NCBI GenBank assembly: GCA_964016885.1
Contig: OZ024741.1
Coordinates: 248,124,001 to 248,188,000 of the forward strand
Source of the DNA: Eledone cirrhosa
Taxonomy: Eukaryota
Direction: 5' to 3'
DNA: 64,000 nt
Made by a program: the position numbers and the translations under genes. Below, piece after piece: positions 51,207-61,700 of the stretch. The notes under the pieces are model-generated. The model was not told the DNA's origin. It searched no databases and saw only the letters and a program-made list of their open reading frames with translations. Position 1 is the first letter of the stretch; each line of letters starts with the position of its first letter.

Positions 51207-54200
51207 TGATTTTTTTTTCAAATTATCTCCCCCTGATTTTTTTTACAAATCTTCCCCTAATTTAAAAAAAAATTATCTCCCCTTCGCTGGCTGGAAATTA
51301 TCTCCCTTTGGACGGCTGGAAATTATAGCTGCTTGTAGGGCTGGAAATTATCTCCCCTTGGACGGCTGGAAATTATCTCCCCTTGATTTTTTTTACTAAT
51401 TATCTCCCCCTGATTTTTTTTTACAAATATCTCCCCTTGGCTGCCTGGAAATTATCTCCCCTTGGCAGGCTGGAAATGATCTCCCCTTGGACGGCTCGAA
51501 ATTATCTCCCCTTGGACGCCTAGAAATTACCTCTCCTTGGACAGCTGTAAATTATCTCCCCTTGGACGGCTGGAAATTATCTCGCCTTGGACGGCTGGAA
51601 ATTATCTCCCCTTGGACGGCTGGAAATTATCTCCCCTTGAACGGCTAGAAATTACCTCTCCTTGGATGGCTGGAAATTATCTCCCCTTGGACGGCTGGAA
51701 ATTATCGCTCCCTGATTTTTTTTAACAAATTATCTCCACCTGATTTTTTTTACAAATCATCTCCGCCTGATTTTTTTAAAAAATTATCTCCCTTTCGCTG
51801 GCTGGAAATTATCTCCCCTTGGACGCTGGAAATTATAGCCCCTTGGAGGGCTGGAAATTATCTTCCCTTGGACGGCTGGAAATTATCTCCCCTTGATTTT
51901 TTTTACATATTATCTCCCCCTGATTTTTTTTTACGAATTATCACCCCGATTTTTTTTTACAAATTATCTCCCCCTGATTTTTTTTTACAAATTATCTCCG
52001 CCTGATTTTTTTAAAAAAATTATCTCCCCTTGGACGGCTGGAAATTATCTCCCCTTGAATGGCTGGAAATTATCTCCCCTTGGACGGCTGGAAATTATCT
52101 CCCCTTGGACGGCTGGAAATTATCTCCCCTTGGACGGCTAGAAATTACCTCTCCTTGGACGGCTGGAAATTATCTCCCTTTGGACGGCTGGAAATTATCT
52201 CCCCTTGGACGGCTGGAAATTATTTCCCCTTGATTTTTTTTACAAATTATCTCCCCCTGATTTTTTTTACAAATCTCCCCCTAATTTAAAAAAAAATTAT
52301 CTCCCCTTCGCTGGCTGGAAATTATCTCCCTTTGGACGGCTGGAAATTATAGCTGCTTGTAGGGCTGGAAATTATCTTCCCTTGGACGGCTGGAAATTAT
52401 CTCCCCTTGATTTTTTTTACATATTATCTCCCCCTGATTTTTTTTTACGAATTATCTCCCCGATTTTTTTTACAAATTATCTTCCCCTGATTTTTTTTTA
52501 CAAATTATCTCCGCCTGATTTTTTTAAAAAAATTATCTCCCCTTGGACGGCTGGAAATTATCTCCCCTTGAATGGCTGGAAATTATCTCCCCTTGGACGG
52601 CTGGAAATTATCTCCCCTTGAACGGCTGGAAATTATCTCCCCTTCGCTGGCTGGAAATTATCTCCCTTTGGACGGCTGGAAATTATAGCTGCTTGTAGGG
52701 CTGGAAATTATCTCCCCTTGGACGGCTGGAAATTATCTCCCCTTGATTTGTTTTACTAATTATCTCCCCCTGATTCTTTTTTACAAATTATCTCCGCCTG
52801 ATTTTTTTTTTTAAATTATCTCCCCTTGGCTGGCTGGAAATTATCTCCCCTTGGCTGGCTAAAATTATCTCCCCTTGGACGGCTGGAAATTATCTCCCCT
52901 TGGACGCCTAGAAATTACCTCTACTTGGACAGCTGTAAATTTTCTCCCCTTGGACGGCTGGAAATTATCTCGCCTTGGACGGCTGGAAATTATCTCCCCT
53001 TGATTTTGTATACAAATTATATCCCCCTGATTTTTTTTTACAAATTATCTGCCCCTGATTATTTTTTAACAAATTAGCTCCGCCTGATTTTTTTAAAAAA
53101 TTATCTCCCCTTGAACGGCTAGAAATTACCTCTCCTTGGACGGCTGAAAATTATCTTCCCTTGGACGGCTGGAAATTATCTCCCCTTGATTTTTTAAAAA
53201 TTATCTCCCTCTGATTTTTTTTACAAATTATCTCCCCCTGTTTTTTTTTACAAATTATTTCCCCCTGATTTTTTTACAAATTATCTCCGCCTGATTTTTT
53301 TAAATATTATCTTCCCTTGGCTGGCGGGAAATTATCTCCCCTTGGACGCCTGGAAATTATCTCCCCTTGGAAGGATAGAAATTATCTCCCCTTGGACGGC
53401 TGGAAATTATCTCCCCTTGCACTGCTGGAAATTATCTCCCTTTGGACGGCTGGAAATTATCTGCCCTTGATTTTGTTTTTACAAATTATCTTCCCCTGAT
53501 TTTTTTTACAAATTATCTCCACCTGATTTTTTAAAAAATTATCTCTCCTTGGACGGCTGGAAATTATCTCCCCTTGGCTGGAAATTATCTCCCCTTGGAC
53601 GGCTAGAAATTATCTCCCCTTGGACGCTGGAAATTATAGCCCCTTGGAGGGCTGGAAATTATCTTCCCTTGGACGGCTGGAAATTATCTCCCCTTGCACT
53701 GCTGGAAATTATCTCCCCTTGCACGGCTGAAAATTATCTGCCCTTGATTTTGTTTTTACAAATTATCTCCACCTGATTTTTTTAAAAATTATCTCCCCTT
53801 GGACGGCTAGAAATTATCTCTCTTTGGACGGCTGGAAATTATCTCCCCTTGATTTTTTTACAAATTATCTCCCCCTGATTTTTTTTACAAATCTCCCAGT
53901 GATTTTTTAAAAAAAATTATCTCCCCTTCGCTGGCTGGAAATTATCTCCCCTTGGACGCTGGAAATTATAGCCCCTTGGAGGGCTGGAAGTTATCTTCCC
54001 TTGGAGGGCTGGAAATTATCTATCCTTGGACGGCTGGAAATTATCTCCCCTTGATTTTTTTTTACAAATTATCTCCCCGTGATTTTTTTTTACAAATTAT
54101 CTCCCCCTGATTTTTTTTTTACAAATTATCTCCGCCTGATTTTTTTTAAAAATTATCTCCCCTTGGACGGCTGGAAATTATCTCCCCTTGGACGGCTGGA

Positions 54201-54254
54201 AATTATCTCCCCTTGGACGGCTAGAAATTACCTCTCCTTGGACGGCTGAAAATT

Positions 54255-55775
54255 ATCTCCCCTTGGACGGCTGGAAATTATCTCCCCTTGATTTTTTTAC
54301 AAATTATCTCCCCCTGATTTTTTTTTTACAAATTATCTCCCCCTGATTTTTTTTACAAATTATCTACCTATGATTTTTTTTTACAAATTATCTTCCGCTG
54401 ATTTTTTTTACAAATTATCTCCCCCTGATTTTTTTTTACAAATTATCTCCCCCTGATTTTTTTACAAATTATCTCCCCCTGATTTTTTTTACAATTTATC
54501 TCCGCCTGATTTTTTTAAATATTATCTTCCCTTGGCTGGCGGGAAATTATCTCCCCTTGGACGGCTGGAAATTATCTCCCCTTGGAAGGATGGAAATTAT
54601 CTCCCCTTGGACGGCTGGAAATTATCTCCCCTTGCACGGCTGGAAATTATCTCCCCTTGGACGGCTAGAAATTACCTCTCCTTGCACGGCTGAAATTTAT
54701 CTCCCCTTGGACGGCTGGAAATTATCTCCCCCTGATTTTTCTACAAATTATCTCCGTCTGATTTTTTTAAAAATTATCTTCCCTTGGCTGGCGGGAAATT
54801 ATCTCCCCTTGGACGGCTGGAAATTATCTGCCCTTGATTTTGTTTTTACAAATTATCTCCCCCTGATTTTTTTACAAATTATCTCCACCTGATATTTTAA
54901 AAAATTATCTCCCCTTGGACGGCTGGAAATTATCTCCCCTTGGACGGCTGGAAATTATCTCCCCTTGGACGGCTAGAAATTATCTCTCTTTGGACGGCTG
55001 GAAATTATCTCCCCTTGGACGGCTGGAAATTATCTCCCCTTGATTTTTTTACAAATTATCTCCCCCTGATTTTTTTTTTACAAATTATCTCCCCCTGATT
55101 TTTTTTACAAATTATCTACCCCTGATTTTTTTTTACAAATTATCTTCCGCTGATTTTTTTACAAATTATCTCCCCCTGATTTTTTTTTACAAATTATCTC
55201 CCCCTGATTTTTTTACAAATTATCTCCCCCTGATTTTTTTTACAATTTATCTCCGCCTGATTTTTTTAAATATTATCTTCCCTTGGCTGGCGGGAAATTA
55301 TCTCCCCTTGGACGGCTGGAAATTATCTCCCCTTGGAAGGATGGAAATTATCTCCCCTTGGACGGCTGGAAATTATCTCCCCTTGCACGGCTGGAAATTA
55401 TCTCCCCTTGGACGGCTAGAAATTACCTATCCTTGCACGGCTGAAATTTATCTCCCCTTGGACGGCTGGAAATTATCTCCCCCTGATTTTTCTACAAATT
55501 ATCTCCGTCTGATTTTTTTTAAAATTATCTTCCCTTGGCTGGCGGGAAATTATCTCCCCTTGGACGGCTGGAAATTATCTGCCCTTTATTTTGTTTTTAC
55601 AAATTATCTCCCCCTGATTTTTTTACAAATTATCTCCACCTGATATTTTAAAAAATTATCTCCCCTTGGACGGCTGGAAATTATCTCCCCTTGGACGGCT
55701 GGAAATTATCTCCCCTTGGACGGCTAGAAATTATCTCTCTTTGGACGGCTGGAAATTATCTCCCCTTGGACGGCT
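54255..55775 (+). repeat. ~751-bp tandem duplication inside the 10-kb unit
   Basis: ORFs 54557/55308 are near-identical at offset 751. Shared variants are CTTCCGCTGA, ACAATTTATC, TTTTTCTAC, CCGTCTGA and GATATTTTAA. A diverged partial third copy lies at about 58290-58660. Confidence 0.88.
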
Positions 55776-58700
55776 GCAAATTATCTCCCCTTGATTTTTT
55801 TTTACAAATTATCTCCCCCTGATTTTTTTTACAAATTATCTCCCCGTGATTTTTTTTTACAAATTATCTCCCCCTGATTTTTTTACAAATTATCTCCCCC
55901 TGATTTTTGTTTACAAATTATCTCCCCCTGATTTTTTTTACAAATTATCTCCCCCTGATTTTTTTTTACAAATTATCTCCCCCTGATTTTTTTACAAATT
56001 ATCTCCCCCTGATTTTTTTTACAATCTCCGCCTGATTTTTTTAAAAATTATCTTCCCTTGGCTGGCGGGAAATTATCTCCCCTTGGACGGCTGGAAATTA
56101 TCTTCCCTTGCACGGCTGGAAATTATCTCCCCTTGGACAGCTGGAAATTATCGGCCCTTGATTTTGTTTTTACAAATTATCTCCCCCTGATTTTATTTTA
56201 CAAATTATCGCCACCTGATTTTTTAAAAAATTATCTCCCCTTGGACGGCTGGAAATTATCTCCCCTTGGCTGGAAATTATCTTCCCTTGGACGGCTGGAA
56301 ATTATCTCCCCTTGATTTTTTTTACAAATTATCTCCCCCTGATTTTTTTTACAAATTATCTGCCCCTGATTTTTTTTTACAAATTATCTCCGCCTGATTT
56401 TCTTTTTAAATTATCTCTCTTTTGACGGCTGGAAATTATCTCCCCTTGATTTTTTTTTACAAATTATCTCCCCCTGATTTTTTTTTACAAATTATCTACC
56501 CCTGATTTTTTTTTACAAATTATCTCCCCCTGATTTTTTTTAGAAATTATCTCCCCCTGATTTTTTTTTTTACAAATTATCTCCCCCTGATTTTTTTACA
56601 AATTATCTCCCCCTGATTTTTTTTTCAAATTATCTCCGCCTGATTTTTTTAAATATTAGCTTCCCTTGGCTGGCGGGAAATTATCTCCCCTTGGACGGCT
56701 GGAAATTATCTCCCCTTGCACTGCTGGAAATTATCTCCCCTTGGACGGCTGGAAATTATCTGGCCTTGATTTTGTTTTTACAAATTATCTTCCCCTGATT
56801 TTTTTTACAAATTATCTCCACCTGATTTTTTAAAAATTATCTCCCCTTGGACGGCTGGAAATTATCTCCCCTTGGCTGGAAATTATCTCCCCTTGGACGG
56901 CTAGAAATTATCTCTCTTTGGACGGCTGGAAATTATCTCCCCTTGATTTTTTTTACAAATTATCTCCCCCTGATTTTTTTTTACAAATTATCTCCCCCTG
57001 ATTTTTTAAAAAAAATTATCTCCCCTTGGACGGCTGGAAATTATCTCCCCTTGGACGGCTGGAAATTATCTCTCCTTGGACGGCTAGAAATTACCTCTCC
57101 TTGGACGGCTGAAAATTATCTCCCCTTCGACGGCTGGAAATTATCTCCCCTTGATTTTTTTTACAAATTATCTACCCCTGATTTTTTTTTACAAATTATC
57201 TCCCCCTGATTTTTTTTACAAATCATCTCCCCCTGATTTTTTTTACAAATTATCTCCCCCTGATTTTTTTTACAAATTATATCCCCTTGGCTGGCTGGAA
57301 ATTATCTCCCCTTGGAGGCTGGAATTTATCTCCCCTTTGACGGCTAGAAATTACCTCTCCTTGGACGGCTGGAAATTATGTCTCCTTGGACGGCTGGAAA
57401 TTATCTCCCCTTGGACGGCTGGAAATTATCTCCCCTTGCACGGCTGGAAATTATCTCCCCTTGGACGGCTGGAAATTATCTCCCCTTGGCTGGAAATTAT
57501 CTCCCCTTGGACGGCTAGAAATTATCTCTCTTTGGACGGCTGGAAATTATCTCCCCTTGATTTTTTTTACAAATTATCTCCCCCTGATTTTTTTTACAAA
57601 TCTCCCAGTGATTTTTTAAAAAAATTATCTCCCCTTCGCTGGCTGGAAATTATCTCCCCTTGGACGCTGGAAATTATAGCCCCTTGGAGGGCTGGAAGTT
57701 ATCTTCCCTTGGAGGGCTGGAAATTATCTTCCCTTGGACGGCTGGAAATTATCTCCCCTTGATTTTTTTTACAAATTATCTCCCCCTGATTTTTTTTTAC
57801 AAATTATCTCCCCCTGATTTATTTTTTACAAATTATCTCCGCCTGATTTTTTTTTTAAATTATCTCCCCTTGGACGGCTGGAAATTATCTCCCCTTGGAC
57901 GGCTGGAAATTATATCCCCTTGGACGGCTAGAAATTACCTCTCCTTGGACGGCTGAAAATTATCTCCCCTTGGACGGCTGAAAATTATCTCCCCTTGATT
58001 TTTTTTACAAATTATCTCCCCCTGATTTTTTTTTACAAATTATCTCCCCCTGATTTTTTTTTACAAATTATCTCCCCCTGATTTTTTTACAAATTATCTC
58101 CCCTTGGCTGGCTGGAAATTATCTCCCCTTGGAGGCTGGAATTTATCTCCCCTTGGAGGGCTGGAAATTATCTCCCCTTGGACGGCTAGAAATTACCTCT
58201 CCTTGGACGGCTGGAAATTATCTCCCCTTGAACGGCTGGAAATTATCTCCCCTTGGACGGCTAGAAATTATCTCTCTTTGGACGGCTGGAAATTATCTCC
58301 CCTTGCACGGCTGGAAATTATCTCCCCTTGGACGTCTGGAAATTATCTCCCCCTGATTTTTCTACAAATTATCACCGTCTGATTTTTTTTAAAATTATCT
58401 TCCCTTGGCTGGCGGGAAATTATCTCCCCTTGGACGGCTGGAAATTATCTGCCCTTGATTTTGTTTTTACAAATTATCTCCCCCTGATTTTTTTACAAAT
58501 TATCTCCACCTGATATTTTAAAAAATTATCTCCCCTTGGACGGCTGGAAATTATCTCCCCTTGGACGGCTGGAAATTATCTCCCCTTGGACGTCTAGAAA
58601 TTATCTCTCTTTGGACGGCTGGAAATTATCTCCCCTTGGACGGCTGCAAATTATCTCCCCTTGATTTTTTTTACAAATTATCTCCCCCTGATTTTTTTTT

Positions 58701-61700
58701 ACAAATTATCTCCCCCTGATTTTTTTTTACAAATTATCTACTCCTGATTTTTTTACAAATTATCTCCCCCTGATTTTTTTTACAAATTATCTCCCTCTGA
58801 TTTTTTTTACAAATTATCTCCCCCTGATTTTTTTTTACAAATTATCTCCTGATTTTTTTACAAATTATCTCCACCTGATTTTTTTTACAATCTCCGCCTG
58901 ATTTTTTTAAAAATTATCTTCCCTTGGCTGGCGGGAAATTATCTCCCCTTGGACGGCTGGAAATTATCTCCCCTTGGACGGCTGGAAATTATCTCTCCTT
59001 GGACGGCTAGAAATTACCTCTCCTTGGACGGCTGAAAATTATCTCCCCTTCGACGTCTGGAAATTATCTCCCCTTGATTTTTTTTACAAATTATCTACCC
59101 CTGATTTTTTTTACAAATTATCTCCCCCTGATTTTTTTTACAAATTATATCCCCTTGGCTGGCTGGAAATAATCTCCCCTTGGAGGCTGGAATTTATCTC
59201 CCCTTTGACGGCTAGAAATTACCTCTCCTTGGACGGCTGGAAATTATGTCTCCTTGGACGGCTGGAAATTATCTCCCCTTGGACGGCTGGAAATTATCTC
59301 CCCTTGGACGGCTGGAAATTATCTCCCCTTGGACGGCTAGATATTACCTCTCCTTGGACGGCTGGAAATTATCTGCCCTTGGACGGCTGGAAATTATCTC
59401 CCCTTGGACGGCTGGAAATTAGTTCCCCTTGATGTTTTTTACAAATTATCTCCCCCTGATTTTTTTTTACAAATCTCCACCTAATTAAAAAAAAAATTAT
59501 CTCCCCTTCGCTGGCTGGAAATTATCTTCCTTTGGACGGCTGGAAATTATAGCCGCTTGTAGGGCTGGAAATTATCTCCCCTTGGACGGCTGGAAATTAT
59601 CTCCCCTTGATTTTTTTTACTAATTATCTCCCCCTGATTTTTTTTCACAAATTATCTCCGCCTGATTTTTTTTTTAAAATTATCTCCCCTTGGCTGGATG
59701 GAAATTTTCTCCCCTTGGACGGCTGGAAATTATCTCCCCTTTATGTCTTCTACAAATTATCTACCCCTGATTTTTTTTTTACAAATTATCTCTTCCTGAT
59801 TTTGTTTACAAATATCTCCCCTTGGCTGGCTGGAAATTATCTCCCCTTGGCTGGCTGAAATTATCTCCCCTTGGACGGCTGGAAATTATCTCCCCTTGGA
59901 CGCCTAGAAATTACCTCTACTTGGAAGCTGTAAATTATCTCCCCTTGGACGGCTGGAAATTATCTCGCCTTGGACGGCTGGAAATTATCTCCCCTTGATT
60001 TTGTATACAAATTATCTCCCCCTGATTTTTTTTTACAAATTATCTGCCCCTGATTATTTTTTAACAAATTAGCTCCGCCTGATTTTTTTTAAAAAATTAT
60101 CTCCCCTTGAACGGCTAGAAATTACCTCTCCTTGGACGGCTGAAAATTATCTTCCCTTGGACGGCTGGAAATTATCTCCCCTTGATTTTTTAAAAATTAT
60201 CTCCCTCTGATTTTTTTTACAAATTATCTCCCCCTGTTTTTTTTTACAAATTATTTCCCCCTGATTTTTTTACAAATTATCTCCGCCTGATTTTTTTAAA
60301 TATTATCTTCCCTTGTCTGGCGGGAAATTATCTCCCCTTGGACGCCTGGAAATTATCTGCCCTTGATTTTCTTTTTACAAATTATCGTCCACTGATTTTT
60401 TTTACAAATTATCTCCCCTTGGAAGGCTGGAAATTATAGCCCCTTGGAGGGCTGGAAATTATCTTCCCTTGGACGGCTGGAAATTATCTCCCCTTGATTT
60501 TTTTTACAAATTATCTCCCCCTGATTTTTTTTACAAATCTCCCAGTGATTTTTTTAAAAAAATTATCTCCCTTTCGCTGGCTGGAAATTATCTCCCCTTG
60601 GACGCTGGAAATTATAGCCCCTTGAAGGGCTGGAAATTATCTTCCCTTGGACGGCTGGAAATTATCTTCCCTTGATTTTTTTTACATATTATCTCCCCCT
60701 GATTTTTTTTTTACAAATTATCTCCGCCTGATTTTTTTTTTTAAATTATCTCCCCTTGGACGGCTGGAAATTATCTCCCCTTGAACGGCTGGAAATTATC
60801 TCCCCTTGGACGGCTAGAAATTACCTCTCCTTGGACGGCTGAAAATTATCTCCCCCTGATTTTTTTTACAAATTATCTTCCCCTGATTTTTTTTTTACAA
60901 ATTATCTCCCCTTGGCTGGCTGGAAATTATCTCCCCTTGGAGGCTGGAATTTATCTCCCCTTGGACGGCTGGAAATTATCTCCCCTTGGACGGCTAGAAA
61001 TTACCTCTCCTTGGACGGCTGGAAATTATCTCCCCTTGAACGGCTGGAAATTATCTCCCCTTGGACGGGTGGAAATTATCTACCCTTGGACGGCTGGAAA
61101 TTATCTCCCCTTGGACGGCTAGAAATTACCTCTCCTTGGACGGCTGGAAATTATCTCCCCTTGGACGGCTGGAAATTATCTCCCCTTGGACGGCTGGAAA
61201 TTATTTCCCCTTGATTTTTTTTTCAAATTATCTCCCCCTGATTTTTTTTACAAATCTCCCCCTAATTTAAAAAAAAATTATCTCCCCTTCGCTGGCTGGA
61301 AATTATCTCCCTTTGGACGGCTGGAAATTATAGCTGCTTGTAGGGCTGGAAATTATCTCCCCTTGGACGGCTGGAAATTATCTCCCCTTGATTTTTTTTA
61401 CTAATTATCTCCCCCTGATTTTTTTTTACAAATATCTCCCCTTGGCTGCCTGGAAATTATCTCCCCTTGGCAGGCTGGAAATGATCTCCCCTTGGACGGC
61501 TCGAAATTATCTCCCCTTGGACGCCTAGAAATTACCTCTCCTTGGACAGCTGTAAATTATCTCCCCTTGGACGGCTGGAAATTATCTCGCCTTGGACGGC
61601 TGGAAATTATCTCCCCTTGGACGGCTGGAAATTATCTCCCCTTGAACGGCTAGAAATTACCTCTCCTTGGATGGCTGGAAATTATCTCCCCTTGGACGGC

